A stretch of 64,000 bases of DNA, taken from the NCBI RefSeq assembly GCF_037042905.1, contig NC_087245.1, positions 7,318,001-7,382,000 of the forward strand, written 5' to 3'. Of the stretch, positions 30,601 through 42,600 are shown in pieces (position 1 is the first letter of the stretch; every line of letters starts with the position of its first letter). This stretch comes from Lytechinus pictus. Lineage: Eukaryota. The notes below the pieces were generated by a model. The model was not told the origin of the DNA. It ran no database searches and worked only from the letters and a program-made list of their open reading frames with translations. Made by a program: the position numbers and the translations under genes.

Positions 30601-33600
30601 CATATCTAGACATTTTTTTGAACAAACATGCATTATATATGTTTAGTTTGGTGGATTTCCATAGTTGCGATTGATCGGATCAATCGCAACTCTTTGTAAG
30701 ACGGGGCCCAGATCTGTTTACATCTATTATATTAATCCTTATGTTTACCTTTAATAGATGAGGAAGATCCTGTGATTGTAAACTGCCCCATGGCAATCAC
30801 AGAGTACATCCCTGTCTCTACGACTATCATGGTAACGTGGACAGAACCCACAGCAACAGACAATAACGACGTAGCAAGTCTGACGGCCAATGTACAATCT
30901 GGTACAGCTCTTGGAATAGGAGTCACTGATGTCATCTATACTGCTCTTGATGATTCATCTAACACTGCTACTTGTACCTTTAGGATTAAAATCATAGGTA
31001 AGAATGGATACTGTCTTGAATTTCTTGTGTGCTCAAAGAAATCAAGAGAGTGTGAGATGTGAAACGACTTAAGATATACACATGTTGCTTTATATTGTTT
31101 TTAGGAGTTTTCTTAATGAGAGATGTGTATTAAATTAAAAAATAAAGGATGTTAAGTTCAATTTAAAATGAAAGGGTGCAATATTGAATCTTGACACTTG
31201 TGTGTCTTTCCTTCTCTCTTTTTCTTTCTCTTCAGAGGACATGCCTCCAACTATATCTGGTTGCCCCTCAGACCAGTCAGTAAACACAGACTTTAATAGT
31301 TCCACCGCAGTGGTTACCTGGAGTGAACCATGGGCTTCAGATGACCTTGGAAATGTTACCCTAAGCTCAGACTTTGCCTCAGGTTCAGCCTTTGGTATAG
31401 GTGCTACTCCGGTTACCTATACTGCTACAGACTCGAGTGGCCAGACAGAAACCTGTACTTTCCGTGTGACAGTTCAGGGTAGGTATTCTACCTCTTGCTT
31501 CTGACAGATTCTGCTAACTTGATTGATTTTGATTTCCTGTGTTTGATTAAATAGATATTTTCTAGAACATAAAGGTGACATTCAAGGGTCTTACTTCATG
31601 TATAAATGAAAAAATTATATTGTTTTTCACCTTAACTAGACCAAGAGGATCCTGTCCTGCTGAACTGCCCAACTGCTGTATCTGCCATTATCGGCCCTGA
31701 TGAGACAACCGTCCCTGTTACTTGGACTCCTCCTACGGCTACTGATAACTCTGGTGTAGTGACTTTGACTGGAACTAGAAATCCTGGTGTTGAGTTATCC
31801 AGGAATCTCTATCCTGTAATCTACATTGCCTTGGATGCATCAGGCAACAGTGCCACATGTAGCTTTATAATTACAGTCTCAGGTAGGATGATCACTTGGT
31901 AACCAAAAAAAAAAGTTGACATAAAGTAACTGATAGTCCTTGACATTCACTACTTTATTTGATAATTGGCATCATTGGTTTCGTTATACAAGTTTATATT
32001 TGCTGGGCCATGTATCCTGATATTTTTAACACATCACATTGCATTATACCTATGGTCTTTCTTTAACTATAATTATGATGATGTGTAAATACAGTGAAAT
32101 TAGATGTAAAAAGAAATTAATTCCAATGTCTTCAATTCCCACATTTATACAATTCAGCGCATGTATTTCAACCTTCCATACTGGATTTTTTTTTTTCAAC
32201 AGAGGACCAACCTCCTGTGATATCAAACTGTCCTAGTGACCAGACTGTCAGCACAGATGCTGGCCAAAACTATGCTTCTATATCCTGGACAGAGCCATCA
32301 GCCACTGATGATACAGGCAATGTTTCAGTCTCTATCTCTCCATCATCAACGCAGTACCCACTAGGAACAACACCTGTCATATACACCTTCACTGATGCTA
32401 TTAATCTAACCAGTACATGTTCATTCTCAGTGACAGTGCAGGGTAAGTTGTATGCAGTCAACTGCATCGATTAGAGATGAATTGGAATAGCTTTTCATCT
32501 GGTCATCAGATGTCTTCTCTACCATTTCAGGCCCAAAATGATTATTCTGTCATTTAAATGAGTATTAATGAACATTCATGTTTGAAAAAAAAACTATTTT
32601 GAACTTTTTTCTCTTCAGCATTATTTTATCATGTATTGTTTTGTTTGTCACCATGATTAGACAATGAGGATCCCGTCATCACTGAATGTCCAGTGGACAT
32701 TAATATGTTGCTGCCTGCCTCTCAGCTACCAGTGACTGTTACCTGGACTGCACCATCGGCTACTGACAATACAGGAAATGTGTCCTTGTCTGTCAACATT
32801 GAATCTGGGATGTCTTTCCCAGAAGGTACTCATGAAATCAGCTACACTGCTACTGATAGCTATGGCAACTCAGACACCTGCTTGTTTAGTATCATTGTAG
32901 CAGGTTAGTCAATCAATGCATTCTATTCCATAGGAAGTTATTCCTTGGACAAAGCTGAAATCTTTTTCATAGATTTATGAATAGGAGAATATAGGATTAC
33001 TGTTTATCGAACCAATAATTAGATTTAGATTGTATTGAAAAAGTACATGAAATGAAACTGTCTCTAGGCTAGAGGTATAATTGTTGAAAAAATGTGTCAA
33101 ATTTCTTGTATGAGCATTTTTCTGATTAAACTTCTCTGTTTAAGTTATTTCTTTTGGTATTCTGTCATAGCATTTGATTGAAGGAAGGGTCGAAAGATGA
33201 AGATGAGCCCCTCGTTTGGGTGATGCAAAAAATATTCTAATCTGTGATTCCACTTTTATTTTTACACAAGTAGAAGTGCATTGGAATTCATCCATGTTTT
33301 TCTTTTATCTTCTGTAGTTGATGAGCCACCTACGTTCACATTCTGCCCATCTTCAATCAACATGGCTACTGAAACTGGTGTGGATTATTCTTCAGTGTCA
33401 TGGTCTCCAGCTACAGCTACTGATGATAATGGTGATGCTACCCTCTCATCAGACTATCAGTCAGGGGCAAACTTCAACATTGGAACTACAACGGTTACCA
33501 TTACAGCTGTTGACTCAGCTGGATCTTCCTCAACTTGTACTTTTGATGTCACTGTTAATGGTATGGATATCATGATAAAGTATAAACATAATTCTAATGC

Positions 33601-36600
33601 GTTGAGTCAGAAGTTGTATATAGTGCTGCTATGTTCTATTGGTATAAATCGCGAAATGGAAATCTTGTGTGAAAATAGATTATTTATTGTACAGCACTCA
33701 ATACATCAGAATAGATCAGAATGTTTCCAAGTGCTTTCTAGATATATCATTACCCCTGTCATTGGATTAATGCCACAGTATTCTAGCACAAGTATTATCT
33801 CTCACTATCATTATTATGATTATTATTATTTTGTTGATCAGATGAAGAGAATCCAGTGTTATCAAACTGCCCATCAGACATCACAGTGTACGTATCCAAC
33901 TCATCAGAATCAGCCATTGTCACTTGGACTGAGCCATCAGTAACTGACAACTCTGGAGAGAGTATCGTACCAAGCTCAAATGCTGCATCTGGAGCCAGCT
34001 TTGGACAGGGTAGCACCATAGTCCTCTATTCCGCCACCGATTCTTCTCAGAATCTCGATACCTGCAGCTTTGTTGTTATTGTACAAGTTGCTACCAGTAA
34101 GTATTGCTCTTATTATCGTCTTTGTTGAAAAATAATCTCAAATATTGTGGCATGGCATAAATATCCACAAATCCCATATCATTCTGTATTGACCCTGCTC
34201 AAAATAAATTTTTCAATATCCTAAAAAGGAATGTGATGTATTTTCCTGACTTAAATGATCACATAGACTTCAAGAAATGTTGTCTAATTTAAATGATTAT
34301 AGTATCCAGTATCTTCATAGACCAAGATAGTAGTGTATTGAAATGACAAGCTTGCAATTTTGTACGCATGATATTATTAAGATTCAGGCTGTTTCCTATA
34401 GATTGATATAATGTCATTTTGTTCATATCCAGGCCTTAGTCAATTTGAAGCTAACTTGAAATTGAACAGGATCCAAGATCAGGTTGGTCCCTATACATCT
34501 GGTGATGTGACTTCTAGTGCATCCAAGTTACGAGATGATGTAAGTAGCTATTGTCAAATCAAAGTTGTGGTTTCCCAAGTACATTGTCATTAAAAATATA
34601 ATTTTCGTCACTTTGCTTTGATAGTTACAAAGCAATTCTAAAAACAGGGTAAGGGATAGAAAATGAGCTAGCTCTTTGGGGATGAGGCATCTGCATTTTA
34701 ATTTGAAAAAAAAAAATCTATTTATAGAGGGTAGTTCATTCCTAGGAAGGCAGAAGGGTGTTGTGATAGTCACAATTTTTTTCTGAACAGTGTGACAATT
34801 TTTTTTTTCAAGGCAATTTTTTTATAAGATTTTTATAATTTATAGATCTCAAGGCATGACTTGAACTGTAGGCCTATAGTTTTGAAAAGGAGTTAGATAC
34901 TGAATGTTGCTTTGCCTTTGATTGTACTCTCATGAATGGATCTTATATTGAAATTAAAACACGCTACGGTATACACTTCATCTCAAATTGTTCTGCACAG
35001 CTTGAAAACCTGTTCCGTCAGAGCTCAGTCAGCACTTACTTTGCTGGGGTTCAGATCACGTCATCTACCGTAGATCCGGCCGACAATCTCTCTGCAGACT
35101 ATTTACTCACTCTCTACTTCAGAGACAATGTAGCTGTCACTGAAACAGCAATAGAGGGTGCTTTTGATGCAGCTCTTGTCAATAACAAGTTTAACGTCAA
35201 CAATGGAGTGGCTCAAGCTAATGACTTCTACATCTGTAAGTAACCTTGGCAAATAAAAATCAATCTATACTCAAATCTACACCCTCCTTGTGCATCACAT
35301 TAAGGTTATGCTTTTAAAGTACTTGAGAAGTGAATAGAATTGAATGTTTATTTTTTTTTTATCTCCTTTTTTTGTTTAATATGTGGAACATTTGAGATAC
35401 TGATAAGCATTCAATAAATCAGAAATAATGTATATTGATGATTGTGGTGATGATGACACACTGATCAGTTTGTCACAGACTAGACTTAATTTTTCTGTTT
35501 CCTAGTTATGTATATTTGATATCTCATTTTGAGCTCTCAATATCCAATATTTATTCATTTGATTTAATAGCCCCAGGCGCATGCTCAAGCACACCATGCC
35601 AGAACTTCGCTACTTGTATAGATTTGAACAGGGTGGACTTTGAATGCACATGCACCTCTGCCTACACCGGTACACTCTGTACAGATGGTAAGAAATATCA
35701 CCCCCATTATTGTCTACTTCAGTTCAATGGAATGCATTCTCTATATAGACAGATTTAACATGAGAAGCATTAAACAAACGGGTTTACACCAGATATCAGT
35801 TCACAGACCTTTTTTTGTTGGGGGGGGAGGTATATTTGTGATTATCAAATCAACAACTTTTCTGCAGTTTCTTGAAATGGTGTCAAATCTAAATATATCT
35901 ACTCAGATCGAACCATTCATCCTTATGTGCTTATGTCTTTGTGCTTATGTTGAATAACCGTTGGCTGACTACTCTCATTAACATGCCTTACCTCAAACAG
36001 ATGTTAATGAATGTTTAAACAATCCTTGTGGAGTGAACCAAGACTGTAATAACAACATCGGAAGCTACACCTGTCAATGTTCAGAAGGATTTACCATTGT
36101 CGGTGATCAATGTATTAAAGGTAGGATCACTTAATCATTCATTTTCTTGATGTTAGTGTGTCCCTGTGAGTATTTCATTAAATTGTATTTAAAGTTGCAT
36201 CTTATGAATGAAGACTTTTACCTGACTATAAAGAAGAGTAAATAGGGATACCTATACTTTCCTTATTGTATTTACAGTGACCTCAATTGAATTAGTAGAA
36301 TTCATGCTTCATGTGAGTTGATTGGAGAGTGTATACCTGCACATTGTTCATTTCAATTATCCATTGAAGATGATTTTTCATGAGATGACTGATGACAATC
36401 CTCGAGAGACATACTCTCCCACACCTTGGACATATATGGACTTGGAGAGAAGCATCCTTATTTTAGACTGAGAATTTCCATAATTTTACTTCTAGAATAA
36501 AACCCTAGAGTAGAGATGTGCAACTTTGGCAATCAGAAGTGATTTCAAGTCAAATGTATAGATAATAATAAGTAATAGATAATAAAACCTGTTTCATATT

Positions 36601-39600
36601 CATTCAATGTGTATTGTAGTGGCGACATCGCTTGGTGGTGCATTTGATATTGAGATGATTGATGGAGCTCCAGCTGTCTTCAGTTCAGACCTTAATGATG
36701 AGAATTCTGCAGCTTATACAAACCTTGAATCTAAGGTCACTTCTGCTGTAAGCATGATTTTGGAATTCCTTTTCAAATCTTGGCATACCTTGTGAACAAG
36801 AAAAATGAAGCATTGTAGATACTTTAATTTGACTAAAAAATGTTTTATCAAGTTGTTATGATACTTTCCTAAAATTTAATTCATAAGCAATAATAATCTC
36901 TTTTAGAATACCTTTGGAATAAAGTTTAACATGTATGATTTTTTTTATTGAGAGGTTTTCTTTGTACATGCCGCACACAGAAATAGAAAAAAAGTTAAAC
37001 TGGGAGTCTTTTTCTGAGATATCATGGTCCATCCATGAGCTACGGGTTTAGCATTGATCAGTAAAGGTTTTCATCAAGTTGCTTAAGAAATAAAAGGGGG
37101 AGGGGTCTTCATAATTACACAACCAATTTATTCTTTTGCTTTTGTGCCTGTTTTTCTTGGCATTTACTTTTGATATAGTTTATTTTTATTCCAACTGGCC
37201 CTGACTAACTGTAGCTTTGATGCGGAGTGTGATGCTTGATATTAAAGACTTTTTCATCTTCTGTTTAACAGCTTGATGGCATCTACAACGGTACCACTGG
37301 ATACCTTGGGTCAGGGGTCATTTCGTTTGCTAGCGGTAGTATCAAAGTGGAATATGAACTTCTCTTTGAGAGTGAAGTGGATGCCACAAGCATAGATAGC
37401 ATGCTCAATAGAAGTATCAGTCAATCGACCGGTGAGATTGGTCAGACTAATATTATCGTCGAACCTTCTACAGTTGTAACAGTACAAGGTAAGGAATGAT
37501 TGGTCATATCATTTACCATGATTCTGCTCACTTCTTTATGATTAGAAAGATAGGGAATAATTACATATTGATTATCTTAATCATAATAATTTTTTGAAAG
37601 TTTGCCTCGTTAACTTGAATATGAGGAGCGTTGTGTCATTAACTTGAATATGATGAGTGTTGTTTCTGACTATCATTTTAAGCATGAATAAAATTTTGGT
37701 TTTTATTTGACTACAATACATGCATGCATGTTAGTGCATAGTATCCTCATGTTTTTTTATAAATCGTGAATTTATTGTTGTGATGTGTTCTTTTATATTC
37801 ACTATTTTACTTGGAATGTTTTTTTTTTTTTTATTGATATGATGCATATAGACAGCTTTCTACATGTATATTCATGTATAGTTATAGCATTTTTTTTCAT
37901 ATATATTGTGATTGCTAAGAATAAAATATGAAGGGAGGCAAAATGGTCACTCAAACAGATTTATCACAATGCTATCCTAGCAGCCAGTAATGGGATTAAT
38001 TTAATGATTTTTTTTCTCTCCTAGAACTCTGCCCAGCGGATTACTGTGGGAATAATGGTGTTTGTGTCATCACAGTTGGACTTCAGAGCCTTTGCATGTA
38101 AGTGTATCCCTATCAGAATGAAGATAGATTGGGGGTGTACATGAAAATAAGTTTTCCATATCAGATTTTTTTATTTTTTTGGGGGGAGGGACATCATATG
38201 CATTAAATCTGCAGTGGTTTCTCTCTTTTTTTTAATGGTATTAGACATGAAATTCTATTTCTATAAGAAATCATGGATTTTCATGCAGATGTTCAAAATA
38301 AAATATGCTTCAATTAACATTGAGAAGTTGAATTTATGTGCTTAGTTGTCATGTTTGCTTCATCCATCTTCCAGCTGTGACACCAACTTTGAAGGTGACC
38401 AATGTGAGATCAACCTGAACAGTATACCAACTTACATCATTGTCCTGATCGTAGCAGCAGGTCTTCTTGTTGTCATCGTCATTGTCCTCCTTGCATTGTG
38501 CTTCTTCATCATGAGGACGTCCAATGACAAGGAGTCTGGCAACTTCATCTACAGCGTAGAAGGAGGACATGAGAACTTCACGTTTGGTCACACCCGTGAT
38601 GACATGGTCCATATGCGCGGTCCGGGAAGATCAAATGTTAATCATGCCAACGACAGTGGCAGGTCAGATATGAGGATGTCGAGGGAGAATGAAAGGCATC
38701 AAGAAAGAGACTACGACCATCAGCATCATCGACGCAAGAAGAAATATGGAGAGCGCTTCTACCATAATACTCCACCACCATCGTATAACGGTACTGGAGT
38801 GGCAATGGGTAGAGATGCATTAGAACAACCTTCTTCACGATCTCGTCATCAACCTCGACCACTCATCCAGGATATAGGTTCTGCTCCAAGGGTAAGATCA
38901 ACCTTCTTTTTAATTCATATGACTCACCCGAGTCACCTGTCAAATAGTCAGAGCCACATGAATCCTGCACGCATCTTTTCATTGCTTATTCTCTCATTTC
39001 ATCATAGACAAGCCAATAGGGCAACGGGAACGCTGCATAATGCCTTTATCATAGACAAACCAATAGGGCAACAAGAATGCTGCATAATGCCTTTTTCATA
39101 GACAAACCAATAGGGCAACGGGAATGCTGCATAGTGCCTTTATCATAGACAAGCCAATGGGGCAACGAGAATGCTGCATAATGCCTTTATCATAGACAAG
39201 CCAATGGGGCAACAGGAATGCTGCATAATGCCTTTATCATAGACAAGCCAATGGGGCAACAAGAATGCTGCATAATGCCTTTATCATGGTCAGTCTTTAT
39301 CATAGACAAACGAATGGGGCAACGGGAATGCTGCATAATGTCTTTATCATAATCAAGCCAATGGGGCAACAGGATTGCTGCATAGTGCCTTTATCATAGA
39401 CAAGCCAATAGGGCAACAGGAATGCTGCATAATGCCTTTATCATAGACAAGCCAATGGGGCATCGGTAATGCTGCTTAGTGCCTTTATCATAGACAAACC
39501 AAAAGGGCAACAGGAATGCTGCATAAGGCCTTTATCATAGACAAGCCAATGGGGCAACAAGAATGCTGCATAATGCCTTTATCATGGTCAGTCTTTATCA

Positions 39601-42600
39601 TAGACAAACGAATGGGGCAACGGGAATGCTGCATAATGCCTTTATCATGGTCAGTCTTTATCATAGACAAACGAATGGGGCAACGGGAATGCTGCATAAT
39701 GTCTTTATCATAATCAAGCCAATGGGGCAACAGGATTGCTGCATAGTGCCTTTATCATAGACAAGCCAATAGGGCAACAGGAATGCTGCATAATGCCTTT
39801 ATCATAGACAAGCCAATGGGGCAACGGTAATGCTGCTTAGTGCCTTTATCATAGACAAACCAATAGGGCAACAGGAATGCTGCATAAGGCCTTTATCATA
39901 GACAAGCCAATGGGGCAACGAGAATGCTGCATAATGCCTTTATCATAGACAAGCCAATGGGGCAACAGGAATGCTGCATAATGCCTTTATCATAGACAAG
40001 CCAATGGGGCAACAAGAATGCTGCATAATGCCTTTATCATGGTCAGTCTTTATCATAGACAAATGAATGGGGCAACGGGAATGCTGCATAATGCCTTTAT
40101 CATAATTAAGCCAATGGGGCAACAGGAATGCTGCATAATGCCTTTATCATGGTCAGTCTTTATCATAGACAAACGAATGGGGCAACGGGAATGCTGCATA
40201 ATGTCTTTATCATAATCAAGCCAATGGGGCAACGGTAATGCTGCTTAGTGCCTTTATCATAGACAAGCCAATAGGGCAACAGGAATGCTGCATAATGCCT
40301 TTATCATAGACAAGCCAATAGGGCAATGGAAATGCTGCATAATGCCTTTATCATAGACAAGCCAATAGGGCAATGGAAATGCTGCATAATGCCTTTATCA
40401 TGGTCAGTCTTTATCATAGACAAACGAATGGGGCAACGGGAATGCTGCATAATGTCTTTATCATAATCAAGCCAATGGGGCAACAGGATTGCTGCATAGT
40501 GCCTTTATCATAGACAAGCCAATAGGGCAACAGGAATGCTGCATAATGCCTTTATCATAGACAAGCCAATGGGGCAACGGTAATGCTGCTTAGTGCCTTT
40601 ATCATAGACAAACCAATAGGGCAACAGGAATGCTGCATAAGGCCTTTATCATAGACAAGCCAATGGGGCAACGAGAATGCTGCATAATGCCTTTATCATA
40701 GACAAGCCAATGGGGCAACAGGAATGCTGCATAATGCCTTTATCATAGACAAGCCAATGGGGCAACAAGAATGCTGCATAATGCCTTTATCATGGTCAGT
40801 CTTTATCATAGACAAATGAATGGGGCAACGGGAATGCTGCATAATGCCTTTATCATAATTAAGCCAATGGGGCAACAGGAATGCTGCATAATGCCTTTAT
40901 CATGGTCAATCTTTATCATAGACAAATGAATGGGGCAACGGGAATGCTGCATAATGCCTTTATCATAATCAAGCCAATGGGGCAACAGGAATGCTGCATA
41001 ATGCCTTTATCATGGTCAATCTTTATCATAGACAAAAGAATGGGGCAACAGGAATGCTGCATAATGCCTTTTTAATGGTCAATCTTTGTCATAGACAAAC
41101 GAATGGGGCACCCGCCAATAGGAATGCTGCATAATGCCTTGATCATAGCCAAGCCAATGGGGCTATGGGAATGCTGCATAATGCCTTTATCATAGACAAG
41201 CCAATGGGGCTATGGGAATGCTGCATAATGCCTTTATCATAGACAAGCCAATGGGGCAACAGGAATGCTGCATAATGCCTTTATAGTGGGATTCCTGCAA
41301 AATGTCTTCCTGCAGCCCTGTCTGTCAACAATGACAATGACAATACAGTTGTGTGATTAATGCAGGAAAGATGCAGTTCTGATTTGTAATTAAGGTATCT
41401 AAATTTTGTGCCATATGGTAATAAAAGTTTTTCTGCGTTATATATTGAAATATTGAGATATTAAGATTGCTAATACTAAGATCAAGGTCTCATGAGATTT
41501 ACTATATCATGATTTCTTTGTATACTGTTGGTAGGCAGTTGAATTGTGTAGGATCTCCCAATGCTCACAGAGTTGTGATTCTCTCATCTTTGACCCATAA
41601 ACTTACAAAGGACAATAACACAAAGTCGTTTATTAATAGAGGTACAACTAACAGATTAAAGAAAGCAGTAGTTCTCTCTCTGTGAACAAGAGGCCTAACT
41701 TCAATTTTTAATTTAGATTTCATACACAACCTTCAAGTCAATATTTCTGCTTTATATTAAAACCCTTAAGGGTGAATTATAGCTTTCAATTATCATGTTA
41801 ATATTTTTCTTCAGGATGATGATGTGAATATTCATCAACTCTATGCAGACAGACGAGGCAATGATCCTCAACTTATTGTAAGTTAGCCTCTACATGTATA
41901 TATAAATTCATGTTCTTTTATTAACCCTTTGATATGAGTTTACTGGTGTATAACTAATGAAATAGAGGTTACAACTTATGTGTATAAATGTACATTGATA
42001 ATATATCTTGTTTGCCAGAGGCAATCTTGTGATTGTTTAAGGCCATTTATTGCCTAACCTTGTTTATTTTTTCATAACTTTTTCTAATACTCCTGTTGTA
42101 TTTATTCATGGACTTTATCTTTCTTCCATTTCTAATTCCATGATTATCTAATAATATTCTATGAAGACTGCAAAATCATAGCACTAAGAAAATGTAGGAA
42201 GTCAATTTGGGTCAGTTTGTTTCATGAATCAATGTGATTAATCAATTTAACACAAACTGAAACTAATCTAGCATGAGTCTTTGGTCTTGCAGCTTCCGTT
42301 ATAGAATTTCTATTTTGTTACTCTTTATTATACATATTTTCTTATAATTGCTATTCTGTTATAATTAACTCTCCATATCTATATCCTTATGTCATTTTCT
42401 ATTCTGTTAATCTTCACTGTGCATATTTTGTTTTATATAGTGTAATTTTGTATAATGTAATGTAATATTTGTTTCTAACATTTTCATCTCATAGCCTGAG
42501 GACCATGAAAGTAGCAATGATACAAGTCAGAATTCTAACCCAGCTGATGTTGTCAGGGACTCTATGGTAATACTACCATGCTCATAAACTAATGCCATAC

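Noticed and set aside
249..34019. Minus-strand ORFs overlapping HYR exons
   Set aside because: Antisense shadows of coding exons with no independent gene structure
359..34096. Protocadherin/Dscam/V(D)J-style variable cassette array
   Set aside because: No per-exon leader or promoter, no RSS heptamer-nonamer and no recurrent intronic selector was seen; ordered super-repeats and the absence of pseudo-exons favour serial inclusion
424..34128. A cluster of ~40 separate small genes, as the ORF track implies
   Set aside because: Homology begins and ends at AG/GT sites in a constant phase; there are no signal peptides or consistent starts and stops, so these are exons
38025..38410. Functional EGFR ligand
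   Set aside because: Lacks the conserved Arg before Cys6 and has short C1-C2 spacing; only the intron position matches
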